A stretch of DNA of 61,718 bases, counting the filler, from Sphacelaria rigidula (taxonomy: Eukaryota), in the NCBI GenBank assembly GCA_964200075.2. It is 10 parts of 10 records of this genome, joined end to end, with 100 filler letters (N's around TTAATTAATTAA, not from the genome) between each part and the next. Parts side by side here need not be neighbours in the genome. Positions count along the whole stretch, not along the records: positions 1 to 6,083 come from CAXNAA020022358.1; positions 6,184 to 12,266 come from CAXNAA020022359.1; positions 12,367 to 18,448 come from CAXNAA020022360.1; 7 more parts are not named here. One strand, 5' to 3'. The translations under genes were made by a program, and so were the position numbers. The notes below the pieces were generated by a model. That model had not been told where the DNA came from, did not search any database, and saw nothing but the letters and a program-made list of their open reading frames with translations. Below, in pieces: positions 1 through 13,155 of the stretch. How positions within the stretch are numbered: the stretch's first letter is position 1; every line of letters starts with the position of its first letter.

Positions 1-70
1 GATGAGATAAGGGGCTCCTAACAATTCTAATCTCAGAAATTATTTCTGTACCCCTACCGTAGCATCACTC
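1..70 (-). mobile_element. End of a Sola2-like MITE, cut by the contig start (same family as 51751-52006 and 52050-52306)
   Basis: The reverse complement GAGTGATGCTACGGTAGGGGTACAGAAATAATTTCTGAG aligns with the 5' end of 52050-52120. Confidence 0.8.
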
Positions 71-1214
71 ATCTTGAAATAAAAGTTGCGCGTGTTGATG
101 ATGAAAACGTCGTGTGAAACACAGCGCCCAACTCGCCAAGGAGCTATTATATCACCGCCAGCTGGTTCGGCTCGTGCGAAAAATGTTCGGCGGGTACTCA
201 CCAGCATTACCAGAAGGATGGGAACAGCCAGCCTAATGTCATTTCCTATCATTCATTGTGCAAACCAGCACCGGACGCTATGCGGTCTGCTGTTTTCAAC
301 TTTGTACGGCCTGTACTGCCTTAATCGGGTATTGATGCATTGTACAGTGTTATCTTCGTGGCGTTACTGCATGTGTCATGCAGTATGCTGCAGCCGTTAG
401 TGTACCCGTGCGTATACCCTACAGCTCTCTGGTACAGATGAATGTATGTTCTCTCTCTACTGCTGTTGCACAGCGTCACTGGCGTGTACTGTGATGCACC
501 GTACGTACACTGTGTGATATTTGCTTTGTGCTGTGTGCAGCTGCTCTCCATGCGTATGTACTGTGCACAGCTAGTTGCATGGTGCTCAGTCGAACTTTGA
601 TATCTCCGAAAACAGTCCACGAAATGGGCGGGAAAAACACCTCTGAAGAGAGCCCCCAATCCCGCGCAGGGTATATCACATCTCTCACTCCTGGCACCAT
701 AGTCCTCCCCCATTTTTTCGGCCTTACTACTTCGGGGTCTTCTTGAAGAGGCAATTTTCTATTATCCGTTTTGACTCTCCCCCATAAATCTGATTCGTCT
801 TCTGACTCCTCTCAAGACAAAACAGCTGAGGAAAAAAGCCAACGCTAGGGTTTCGGATAATTCTGTAGTCGGTCTTGAATTTACCCATGGTCTGACCTGA
901 CACTGTATTCTATTATCGCCTGACCTTACAGTATATTTTATTACCGCCTGGCCTGGTCAAGAAATAGGTCGGTTCTCACATTTCTCGAGGGAGAATGTTT
1001 GTTTACCCGAATATTCGGAGATTTCTGGGGGTGAGGGATAGACCCGTTAATAATACCCCTTGAAGAATGACGTGGCACACTGCTGTCCAAAATCCGCTGG
1101 TAAGCAGTAGGAAGGTCTCTGCAAGACGCTTTTCGTCAGGTACAGGAGTATTCACGAACACAAGAAAATATTTCGTTGGGTGAGCTGATCTCCCCCCACA
1201 GCCCATAAATATAT

Positions 1215-1516
1215 GGTGAGACACCCATGAGGCAGTGTGTACGCCAGGGCAGTCTCTGGAAGTGGTGATACCAGAAGATGAAGCAACTCGTTGGAGGCTG
1301 TCATCCAACTGCAAGATAACGAGGACAGTTCGGGCCGGACGATCTTAGCAGGATGCAGCTCACCCTTCATGCAACTCGCCGAACACACCACGGCGCTTCG
1401 CGCTTGGTGATTGAGTGCGAGCCTGGTACGGCAAAAACCCGGCGTCCTCGGTCCCGGCTTTGTAGGGATGCGAGGTCATGGGTCGTAAGTCTCCGGCATG
1501 CAAGATCATGAGTACA
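1215..1516 (-). repeat. Unclassified dispersed repeat; other copies at about 51723-52745 (+, interrupted by two MITEs) and 60530-61025 (+)
   Basis: Shared blocks GTACTCATGATCTTGCAT, GCGAAGCGCCG and CATGAAGGGTGAGCTGCATCCTGCTAAGAT..CGGCCCGAA occur in three different contigs. Confidence 0.85.
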
Positions 1517-1672
1517 CAACCCCTAAAGGGTGCGGCGCGGATTGATCATGGGGTGAATAATTCGACCGTCATATGGCGAGACTCTGGACGTCATGGAACC
1601 ACGCTGTGGTGGGGGGAAACGACGGGATGGACTACCGCAGTAGATAAGTGATCAACTGTCATGACTTCTCAC

Positions 1673-4600
1673 CAGAGCTGCTCCCCCAGCGGCAGCAGGA
1701 CATGCCATCGAAGTACCGGCTTGGTCGAACATCTGGCAGGTATTGCCGTCTCTCCCACCACTTGCAGAGAACACCTGTAGGCAGGAAGGGCAGTGAGAGG
1801 GGGAAGAAGAGGACGTGAGCGATGCTCGGCTTTGCGAAATAAAGGTGCGGGACCCTGGCTATGAGGGGGCGAGAGGGATCAGTGAGAAGCCTAGCGTTGC
1901 CAGTGATGCAATATTTTTTACTGCGAAAGGCTGATTCGTCCACGAGTGTCCTTATATGTACCAAAATTCACTCATTCACAAATGCCCACCCCAACTCATG
2001 GAGCTAGACCCCGACAATGTGTACATATATGATATGGGGAATCACGGAAATTTCGAGGAACGGTGTTCTTTAATACCAATTTTATAAGGCTAGTTATTGG
2101 GAGTCAGAAGGAGTCATGAGCACACATGGCCTTCTGGGACCGCCGACAACGGGCGAAGTATGAAACCAATATCGAGAAACAGCTTTCTCCGGAAGTCTTG
2201 TGATGACGAAAGCAGATTTGTGCAAATGTTTCCAAATTTCAACTCCGAAAATTGGCGTGAGTATTTGCATCTTTGTGCGGTGAAATGGGTTTGGAAGCTA
2301 ACTAATCCTAACAAATTAAATTGATTCAGTATAGGAACGATCCCCCGATAGTTGTAAGTTTAGCGTTAAAACGACCGCACTCCATCCGTTTTTTACCAGG
2401 TACGCAACGAAAATTATTACAAATGTTTCTTGTTCTACCCCAGGACGCATGCATTTTTCCTTCTGGTATTGTTTTACGCCTTTCGGAGATCTTCCCGCCG
2501 GGACATCCGGAAGCCGGTAAAAAGCGGAGAATCTTCGAAACATGCCTTTTTATTTTGATCACCGAGCTGTCAAGTTTGAGGGCGGTCGGAACGTTTCTTC
2601 GACAGATATGAGGGAAACCGTCAAGAGGCTTCCTGGTTCTTCGACGCCTACCATCTGTGGATATCGTATAGCACTAGGCGCCTGGACGTTTTTTGTTCAG
2701 AAGGGTTTCCTCGCGACTACTCTGCGATAGAACTCGGTAGATTGTCGGTAGATTTTGGTAAAATGAACAGATCGTCGTTTCACCCCCGTGCCCAAGTTAC
2801 TGTTAGTTGGTTTTATCGGGCGATACGATTAGATACCCCGTTTATGAGGAGGGTGTTATTGACCGTGAACTCACAGTTTTTTGCTCTAGTGCAATGAGTA
2901 GGTAAAATTTCACACAAAAAAAACCGTAGATTTCTTCACAAATACGATCGGGACGGGCTCGATCGACCGTAAATACCGAGTCAGAATTTAGGCTGAAACG
3001 TGTCAGGACCCCCTATGACCGGTCAGCCCAAAAGTCACTCAATATTGAGTACAGATGATTTTATTTCTTGTCATGTGGAGCTGATACAAGAATCTTCGGA
3101 TCCCCTGTGTGATAAGCGCCGGCAAGCGAAAGAGCTTAAAAAACGCCAATCAAGAAGAAATTACAAAATGAGTTGTTCAGGCGCCCATTGCTGAGACACC
3201 AGTTCGGTCCCATCGTAACCGTTTTCATTTTTTTTCCTCGACTGACTTCCTCGCTGATCGCTGGCTACTATTGAATCATGTGGAGTTTAGGTAGAAATTG
3301 GGTTGGAAAATTGCATTTTGGACTCCAGAACAATTTGAAGCGCGCTGATTGGTCGTGGTATCTTCTCGTCCTCAGTGCCAACGCTGTGGTCTTTAACTAA
3401 AATCCGGCTGTGTCCCCCTCTTCAGTTGTCTATGGCGGTCAGTATGACACCATGCACGCAACTATTGAGTGGGTGTTGCAAACGGTATTAGCTGATGAAT
3501 GACTTGTGGGTCAAAACCGTGAACCAACCGAGTACGATTGCGTTTAACGGTGACTGCCCTCTCTTGAATTCGAGTCTCGCAGCTATGCGTTCGTGAACGG
3601 TTGAGTCAATCATCAGCATTGTCGGTTGTGGTGCCGCATTTATCAAGGCCTTCATATGTACCTCTCAAATTCCCTCGACGCTTACCGTGAATTTCCGTTT
3701 GGACCCTTGACAGTATTTTCCACGTCTTTTCTCACCCGACTTGCCCGCTCGGGTATTGTATTATTTACTCTAATGCGAATGGTATCAACCCTACAATGAG
3801 CGTTGCAATAAAATAACTATATATACCCTCACCTTCTCGCCTGGAGCAACAAGCTCCGGCTTGATACGTCCGTCGAGCGTGTGGCCGTAGGAACTGAAAT
3901 AGGACCGCGTATCAAAGTCAGCCGGCTCATCGGGGGTAGTTGAAGGTAAGCCGATGTAACTATGCCCGAACGGTTGGATGCATATCCAAGGATAGCCCTC
4001 TTCGGTGTACCGGGATAATCCCACTTGTTCATAGCGGAGGCGCCCATCAGATCCCGTATAGGGCGCACCTACCCAAGAGAATTTTGAAAGCGTTTGCATG
4101 CAGGATCGGGATGACTGCTTAGTGGAGCTGTTTGCAGCGAGGCAAGACACACGGCGTCATGTGCACCCCGATACTTGTGGGTATAAGTGTTCCTGCGCGG
4201 ATATTCGTACCTGCGAGGAGGGAGTACGGTAAGCTTGGTGCTTCAGTAATGTAGCTCTAGGCACGTATTATTCATTACCAAAAGCGCCACCTTCACCCGG
4301 GACGGGAATCGTCATCATGGCTCCAAGGGTAACGGAACACATCGATCATGCCTCAACGGCCACATTACGAAGATACACGTGCCATGAGATGAAAACCAGT
4401 CGTTTCTAGATACCCGTGATATTGCTACTGCTGGCGTCACCGACGACGACCATCAGGAACTTACGTGAAGGACCGTTCGATGTGGATCCAATGGTCAAAA
4501 CGTTCTTTGCCGTGGCAGGTGAACCCAACGTGCAATTAGAAACATCGAAACCCATTTCGTTGATGTCCTTGAGTCCGCCTGAATTCCCCGCGGAAAATAG

Positions 4601-5613
4601 CAGCAGGTTCTCTGGATTCTGCTCACACGTGGCGATGCGGAGTAGGAGGTAAGGAGTGGAAGATGAACAGCGCGGAGAGGCACGGAGGGAACAGGGGGTA
4701 CTTTGAACACACACAGTATCCGAACTTGCAAAGTTCGGAATGGGAGAACGGGGAAGGACTCGTTGAGTTGCTGTCACTGCAAAGTCCATCTCCCCCAAGC
4801 TTGCAAAGTGGAAAAGGCTGACGTATTTCTCGAAGGGTAGCTAATCGCCCGGTGTAAGGCGATATCGATACATACACACGGATTCCAGCCTCAGTAGGTG
4901 AAGAAAGTTTATACCACAAATATTGACTCGACATCCGTTTCTGGTGAGCTTGCCTACCAATACCAACACCGCCATTTTCGGTCTGGAAAATATCTGCAGA
5001 ACACACTAGATGATCCACGCCTCCATGCGCTTGAATTGATGTTTTCCGCCTCTGAGGTCATCAGGGTCGCAATTTGATCGCCAGTTTTTTCTCGATTTTT
5101 CGAAGGAGCTTGAGCACAAAAAACTGGTATAGCCACCCCCGACGATATCTCTCGAAACCGCGTCAACCGTCGGCCCGTTCTGCACAAGCTATGAACTCAC
5201 CTCGTACATAAACAAGTCGTACAGGTAGTCAAGTACGTCGTACTCGCAAGTTGGTCCTCCGCCCCAGGAGTTGGAGTGAATCTTGGCTCCCGTGTCGAGT
5301 GCCGCCTCCCACAGATAATTACCAGCTAAATCTGGAAGCAACGTTCCCAAACTGTTGAAGTATGCGACGTCAAAAATTGCGAGTTTCGCGCCGGGAGCCA
5401 CGCCATTGTTTTCAATCAGATTCTCCGAGACGTCCCCACTCAAACAGTTGGGCGAGTCGGGTCCGAAGCCGTCACAGGAGAACGTGGGGCAATAGGTTTC
5501 GATGTCGAAAAACTCGTTGGTCACGAAACTGTAGGCTTCACTCGGCGTCATGCATTGGCCCGCACAAGCGTTGAATTCGTCATTGCCGCAGGTCGACGTA
5601 ATGAACGGGCTGC
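1673..5613 (-). CDS. Subtilisin-like serine peptidase (S8, KP-43/TagC-like), partial; exons 5613-5201, 4618-4465, 4068-3833, 1774-1673
   Basis: All four exons have AG/GT boundaries and compatible phases. Motifs: GVAPGAKLAIFD, AKIHSNSWG, LLLFSAGNSG (oxyanion Asn), SPATAKNVLTIGS, FSSYGHTLDGRIKPELVAPG, and catalytic Ser in AGTSMACPAAAG. I did not find the Asp/His exons or the 3' exons in this contig. Confidence 0.93.
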
Positions 5614-6083
5614 CTGTCGTTTTGAAGAGAGATCGTGCGAGGAATATTTGATGATAGCCACGTTAACCGCTTGCGTGAAGTCTCCCTCTAGCACGTTTCA
5701 CCACGCGAAATTGCACGGCGAAAGTAGTTCAAGTACACAATATATGACTGAGCAGTATCTGTACTGACATGAACGAATCAATGTGTCGTACTACGACATG
5801 AAGTTGTACTTTGAGGGCGTGGTCTCGGGCTCGAGCCAAGAAGCACGTTCTTGCGTAACGACTTCACACTGATGTGGACGACAGAACGCTGCAATTGTTC
5901 ACGACAACCAAACCCGTCAGCCTGGACACTATATTGCTATTTCACATACATGAGGAGAAGAGATATATCACACAATGCTGCAAACTATCCAGAGGTAAGG
6001 GTAATGTCGCGTTTCCCCCCCCCCACCCCCCCCTCTCTCGCTAGCGAAGCATGGGCAACTGCACCAAAACACAACAAAAAAAA

Positions 6084-6183
6084 NNNNNNNNNNNNNNNNN
6101 NNNNNNNNNNNNNNNNNNNNNNNNNNNTTAATTAATTAANNNNNNNNNNNNNNNNNNNNNNNNNNNNNNNNNNNNNNNNNNNN
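6084..6183. other. Artificial contig spacer (N44-TTAATTAATTAA-N44), first of nine
   Basis: Identical 100-nt spacers at 6084, 12267, 18449, 24631, 30813, 36995, 43176, 49357 and 55538. The core has stops in all six frames, and contig lengths fall from 6083 to 6081. Confidence 0.98.
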
Positions 6184-6525
6184 CGGAGTTCCTTCGGCAT
6201 CAGGACGGCAGTCTCCCCCGTAGGTCTCTGACTACTCTAGCGATATGCCTTCCTTACAGATGCATGTTTTGAGGTACTATGTACTAAATGCACATGGATC
6301 GAATAGGACAATGGTATCAAACATCGATGCTATCGTGGCATACCCATCACACTGTGGACTCAAGTTAACTCCACCTTGGACAACTAGAGAAGGAAGCCTG
6401 GAAGTCAAGAAGGCATGAAGACGACAAGATGACTTGATGGCGACTAGATGACTTGATGACTGAGTACGTTAGGGGGCGCAGCTCATTGCGCGAAACACTA
6501 CACTAGATAATGTCAACACACGCGG

Positions 6526-6896
6526 CCATTTCGCTACCCCAAAAACCCCTCCACATGAGTTTTGACCCCTCTGGAGAGAGGTCAACTTCGTCTGCAGAGG
6601 TGTTTTATTCCTCTGTAGGGATCAAAATTAACCCCTCCACAACACCGCTAGAGGAATAGTGACCTCTAGAGGGACTCATATTGTGTTGGATCCTCTAAAG
6701 TGCGCATAACCCCTCGAGGGGGCTCCATCTCCCCCCCTCTACAGTGACTTTGTGTGAGCTATTTCTCTAGCGTTGTTAAATGCCTGTGGAGGGAGATACT
6801 ATCCACCCTCCAGAGGGATCAAACGCCTCCAGGAGCTTTGTTCCCTCTGGAGCGGTAGAGTTTCGTATGGAAGGATGTTTGGCGGCAGCCAAATGG
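6526..6896. mobile_element. MITE-like element with imperfect terminal inverted repeats (TIRs) and internal CCCTC..GAGG palindromes
   Basis: The left end CCATTTCGCTACCCCAAAAACCCCTCCACATGAG resembles the reverse complement of the right end, CCATTTGGCTGCCGCCAAACATCCTTCCATACGAA. CCTCTAGAGG, CCCTCGAGGG and CCCTCCAGAGGG occur inside. Confidence 0.6.
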
Positions 6897-6956
6897 TAGC
6901 GTGTGAACCGTGCTCCAATAATCCGTTACCGGCTCCTACCCCAAATATACGAATGT

Positions 6957-7199
6957 CTTCAGTGCAAGTACATGCACATATATCCAGAACAGGTATACTA
7001 GATCTGGGGGATCTTCATCAATTTTGGAACCAAGCGTTTGACACGTCGAACCTCAAGACCTGTCTCCAAGGAGCCACCCCCCCTCCCTCCACTGGTATAC
7101 AGATGAGTGGCCAGACACCCATATCAAAGAGTTGATTCGTAAGAGGTTTCAGATCCAGTATAGGTGTTCTGGGTATGTATGCACGTACCTGCACTGAAG
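6957..7199. mobile_element. MITE with ~50-bp imperfect TIRs
   Basis: CTTCAGTGCAAGTACATGCACATATATCCAGAACAGGTATACTAGATCTG is mirrored by CAGATCCAGTATAGGTGTTCTGGGTATGTATGCACGTACCTGCACTGAAG. No clear TSD. Confidence 0.75.
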
Positions 7200-10100
7200 T
7201 AATTCCTATCTTGCGGGAAAATCCGGCAACGATTAATAAGAGCATGGTTGTGATGGTCAAGTGTGGTGTATCGACGATCACCGCGCGCAACAGGGGTAGT
7301 CCGTACACTTGTCCACTTGTTCTCTCCTCCACCCGTCCAAGTTGCAGTCGATCTAAGACTACCGCTTGATGGGTATGTTACTCTGGTATCTGTAGGTGTC
7401 ACTATAGCCCTCTGTCCAAAATGTGCGGTTACTGTAGAATACCTCTAAACATCAATCTGCGCTTGCTCGAACCTTTCTACGGCCTACACTAATACACTTG
7501 TTACATGCGTGACTGAACAAATTTTACGTATATATATATATATATATTATATCCGGGTAGTCTTTACTCACAAGGTGCTGAAGCGTTGAGTGGCCTGACA
7601 GTTTTGTTGTTGTCCATGGGTCAGAGACGATGGTTTAACGACCACCTAGAGATTAAAAGTCTTTGAACCTGAGCATACGCAATCCCGCAATTATACTTGC
7701 AGAATGTTGTTGATATGACTGGCTGCAGCTATGTCATGTACTCTACACGTAATGTCAAACGTGTACTCTGCCTGTGTGAAAGGTCTGGGTCCCTGGGGTA
7801 CTCTAAGTCTTTGATCTGCAGATTGGCCCGGGCAATGTCTCCCTCAGTCTCGATCGACTCCTGAACTCACACTACTTGTTACCGCGGTTCAACTGTTCGA
7901 TTTATTTACCGATTAATGCGCTTGAACAATCCACACACATGTATATTTACATGAGATCATATCAGAATGAAGGGAGTCAATCGTCATCGACTCGACTGGG
8001 CAAGGATATGCACATCTCCACGCTCGGCATTGTCAGATCAAGCAGGAGTCGAAGCCCTCACACTGTTTGACAGAGTTCCTCGGAGCATCGCCCATCTAAC
8101 GCGCGCCACGAGTAGACGTAACAAGGTCCGCAAAGGCGTGCTCTCATCTCCAGTGAGGAGCATGAAAAACATGTTGACAGGAGAACTTGATGGTAGTCCG
8201 AGGGTTGATAGATCTGAGTCATCGACGGCGATGTAAGGGTAGTAATTAGATACAGACTATGACTACTGTATAACATCATTCGCTATCGTCTGAGACCATG
8301 GAGATAGAATCGCCAGACAACCTGCAAATGCCGTCTATCCGGTGTTACCGAGAAAGGTGGCCCACCTGTATTCCTGTGTTGAGTAAGTAGTGTATTCGGG
8401 CAACAATATATAGTATTGTTGATCACTGTCGCCCACGGGAATTGTCGCCAGCCTACGTTCAGGCCATCACTCGGAGCCACTAACCATTCGTTTCTCTTAC
8501 CAATCATGCTGTGCTATTGGTGGTTGACTGGCAGTGTTGGCACATATAACTTGGTTGTAATGGTTGTATGTTTGAAGTATCTCATCTTGCTTGTCAGATC
8601 TATTTTGAATTGGTCTCTAACGTCGTTTCCGTCCAGAGTATACCCCTCCTTTCCCCCCCCCCACTCCTCCCACACACGCTCGCCGCTTCTTCAGGCAAAC
8701 TCCGAATACCCCACAACTGTTATTGCTAGATCGATCAGAATTTCTTGATTTCTCACAACTATTTTTGAGCAAACGATATATTCCTCGTAGTCCAAGCAGC
8801 AACCATGTATCATACACCCCTCATCGGGGAAACATACGGAGGTCTACACTTATTACCAAACCAGACGCGGATTGTCACGGCTTAGACAGCACCCAGACAT
8901 CATTTATTCTTCGGTTTCGACAGTAGTTTCGACGGTAGGTTAGACAAGGGCTTCAAGGCGGAACATAACCCAGCAAGATGCGTCGCGTCCCACGCAACCC
9001 CCCCCCCCCACTGCCTTGCCGATCCGAAGGTTTACGCAGTATGGCTCCTGAGAAAAGTAACCATGTACTCCCTTGGTGATCTCTTCTTGGTTTGTCACCC
9101 GAACACGATTCAGCTGGCTGCACGACGTGCCGTATCTCTAGGTACAGGCATCATGAACCCTCTAGGGTGAGGCATGGTCTCCAGGGAACTCCAAAACTCA
9201 GATCTTCAACCACGATAATGGTTCTTAGTTTCCACATCAGTTCGATATTCCTGGCCCGTGGTGAAGAGTACTAGTAACCCGGAGACAGTGTACCTTTCTC
9301 CTCGTCTTCCTCCCAATCCTCTCATTCCGCTCCTCTTCCTACTCTTGCTCTTGCTCCGCCTACTGTTGCTCCTCGTGTCGGCCTCCCTGCGATTTCTTCT
9401 CTTCGTCGCTACAGTACTCATCTGTTTCGCTGCCCTCACTCCTGGAGTCACCGCTGTCTCCAATGTTACCTCCGGTGCCAGCAACGTTGGATCCCCCACC
9501 TTATCAGTCCCCTTCTCAGCCTATCGCACGCACCCCGTTCCGTGCCCTTCTCATAACCTCTCCCGAACCCTCTGAAGGTCGGGTCACGGCCGTGGAAAGG
9601 GTCGTTCTTCGGTCGTTCTTCGACTTCACACTGACATCAAGCTTGGCGAAGGGGTACGGGCCCGCGCACGATTCTTTCTATTTGGAAACTAAATTTGACT
9701 GTACTGAGTTGAAATAGGGACAGTGCGACGGGACAGTTGAAGGGCAGTCAAGTGGTTATAAAGAATGAGGCTACCTATGAGAAGATCGGTTCATCAAATA
9801 CCCCCGTTGCCGGCATGACGGCAGAGCGCCGATTGACAATCCGAAGCATCGTTCAGTCACCACCATGCCTCATCTTCCCCGAGGGGAATGAAGAGAGAGA
9901 CGCATCTACGCTTTCTACTCCTGATGGGAAGCTTAACCGAAACTCAGGAAGCTTCCCATGGGGCGGAGACCGCGGAAAGTTCTGAGTATATCTTGATATG
10001 TGCGTAAAGGTTTGAGATATCAGCTTTCTCAGTCTGTAGAAAGGTCAAATGGAAAAAGGCAAATTATTGAACTCGTGTTCGTGGGGGAAGATCAAGGAGG

Positions 10101-11338
10101 GGGGATATATTTTGTACTCCCGTGGAAGTGTGAAGCACCAAAAACACCAAGTGAAAATATTCTGCAGTAGTAGTGGGAACATCAATAAGTAGAACAATGA
10201 TACTCTCGGGAGAGGATAGGAGTAACGAACCTTATTTCCTTGGAAATATGGCAAAAAGCGCACACTGAAAGTGGTCCTCCCTTGGGGAGGTAAATGCGCA
10301 CTTCGTCATAAATACACCCAAAAGAAAATGAGACACGTTGTCGCAGACCGCAGTAGCACAGTAGTAGTCAGTATTGGGTTTCTCCCTTGATTACAGGAAT
10401 CGCACTGTGGTATGGTGAGCTCCTCGCATGCGAGGGACACGATTTGGATTCTTACTTCTACATCACACACCTTCCCAGCGTAGGCTCTGACTGCCCCATT
10501 TCAGACTCCAGCTCGACAATGTTTCGATGAGAGTGCGATGGGAAAATTACGACTTTGCCGCGTCCATCATCGTGGACCTCCCCGCGGGAGGAACCTCGTC
10601 CAAGCGAGCTTGTCCCGTGAGAATACACTGACACGTCAACGGGAGGGTTGTTCACTCTCGTCGCTGATTTTCCTGGGAAGAAACAAAAACAGCGACCCTG
10701 TGAGAGGCATTAAGCTTTTGCATTTCGAGGGCAGCTTTTGAATTAATGAGCGGAAAACTCGCGAGATCGTGTGAGGAAAATGTCTCGACTACTCGCCGGG
10801 TTGTCTCATGAGGAAGTGCGATTGCATCTGACTTGTGTCGTTGTCATCATCAGGCTTCTGCTCGATACTTTCGTGGGGTGGTTGCGACTCTTCTCCACCG
10901 TCGCTGATCATCTTTCTGTGGGGAGCTTGCGACTTTCGATTATGCGATCAGACTCCGAATGTCAACAGCATGTATGTACTGAAATAAATGGACATCTCGG
11001 GAGGTCGTATCCGTATTATGTCAAAACAGATAGAAGCTTCATCGATAACAACAGGTAGACGAAAGTCGGACCTCAAGAGAAGAATGGCTCGAAAACACCA
11101 ACTCCGAAGTTGCCATTCCAGCACCACTTCACCGCGCGCGCCCTCCAATTGAATTGCCACTGGTTCATCCCGTATTCTTTTGTGTAGCACGTGAAGGCGA
11201 ACGAAGAAGGCGTGGAACACTTTCGTACTGTATTATACAGCACTGTACTTGTGCACTGTGATCAGACTTCCACGTGCTTCAGTCATACGTAGTCGTACAA
11301 GTATATGTTTTCTCCAGTGACAACACAGTCGATCGACT

Positions 11339-11545
11339 CTGTGATGCGTGAGAGGACCGCGTGCTTAGAGGACCGAATCGTAGTTCGAAAGACCTCAGGA
11401 TCGACGTTTTTCGAAACCAATCGGGCCAGTCCCTACAGGGACCACGCCCCTGACCCTAGCCCCAACACTAGCCCTAACCCTAACCATGGGGATATTCAAA
11501 CGCCGATGCGGTCCTCTAAGCACGCGGTTCTCTCACGCATTACAG
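11339..11545. mobile_element. MITE with ~42-bp TIRs and internal telomere-like CCCTAA repeats
   Basis: TIRs are CTGTGATGCGTGAGAGGACCGCGTGCTTAGAGGACCGAATCG and CGATGCGGTCCTCTAAGCACGCGGTTCTCTCACGCATTACAG. The interior contains CCCTGACCCTAGCCCCAACACTAGCCCTAACCCTAACC. Confidence 0.8.
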
Positions 11546-13155
11546 TCTCTGCCGCAGAAATGAGCAACTCTGCACCCACATCTGCAACCGTGGATGAAAC
11601 TTGCAACAGAGAAATGCGTTGCGGTACAACGGCTCAAGATAAGGGCCGTCAGTCCCATGAATTCATTAACATGGCACAACAAGTACACTGCCCTTTGAAG
11701 CTTTACGGCCTCTATGACTACAGGTGTTCAAAGAACTCGCAAGGTCCATGTAAGCTGGGAATCTATGTGCTAGCGCTCTTGCTCATCGCCGCGTTATGAT
11801 CGTGCAGGGCTAGCCCCCACAATCAACGGGGAACTAAATTATCCTGCAACCACCATTACATGTCTGAATCTAGCAACCATAAGACTACTGGCATGCAAAT
11901 GTCACTGTATATCGTAGCCACGGGATGAAAGCACAGTGAACACACAGCAAGTGCTACCAGAGATACCAACCTCTCTCTCCTCGAACCCCCGTTTCCTTCG
12001 AGTAGCGGCACGTTTAAAAATCTCACTTAAGATGACTGTGCTATAGTAGTCAGCGTCAGAAGTTTTCAGAATTCGTTGTCGTCCTTTTTTCCGAGTTTTT
12101 CTGGAGTACCGTTCTTCATTACTACTTGAAAATGCTAGCGCCGGTAGATTTAAGGAGAAAGCGTAGGCCGCGCTCAACCTACAGTGCTCACGTTGGTGTT
12201 TTTGGGGCGATACGGATTTGATGCCCCGTTTATCAGGAGGGTGTTATCGTTCGTTTTTGGTTCAATNNNNNNNNNNNNNNNNNNNNNNNNNNNNNNNNNN
12301 NNNNNNNNNNTTAATTAATTAANNNNNNNNNNNNNNNNNNNNNNNNNNNNNNNNNNNNNNNNNNNNCTAGCTCATGATCCGGATCAGTAGTCTAATAAGA
12401 CGTAATATCCAGGTAGCTCATGAGCTGTCCGACGTGTGCAATATTTAGGTTATCTTACGAGCTATCCGACGTGTGAACACTTGTCACACATCACCAACTG
12501 AAGCAGTATAACTGACGACCGTTGTCCACACTATGACCTGAAACTTGGTAGAGACTGCCTGAGTAAGTGAGTCGATACGCATAAGGAGAAAGCTGACTCC
12601 AATCATTGTTGTACGTAGGAAGTTTTGGGCCGTGGGAATACGGGCTATACGCAGTATGGCACAGCGGCATGAAAGCCCAAAAAATCGACGTGCGGAGGTC
12701 GCTTAGACTTCGAAAATAAAATGAAGCATGTGACCTGGCGGTGGCCGCGGTTGAGTAGAAGGGCTGTGTACTGGTCGGCTTAACCAAAACAGTATATCAC
12801 ACTCTGGATAAAAGGTTGCATTTTCAAAAAGTGTACTGCGTGTACTATCGGCAATGGCGTCTATTGCAACAGACAAAAAATTCCACAAACCCCTGTTTCC
12901 GTCTGCGCGGCTGTTTGATACTGAGCCCGAGGTAGACACGGCCTACAAAAACACCGACCTGCCCTCTCAACCATGTTGGCCTTCTGCAATCCCATTGATC
13001 GAAACATACAGTACGCAAAATCAGCTTGAGCGCCTGGACGTTCTGTTAGGTCTTCCTCGTCCAAAATATCGCCATCCTCCATGGGACTGTCACGTCTTGC
13101 AGCAGGCTGCGGGCGCTCAAACGGTCAAGAAGGTTCTGCGATGGGCAGAAAAAAC

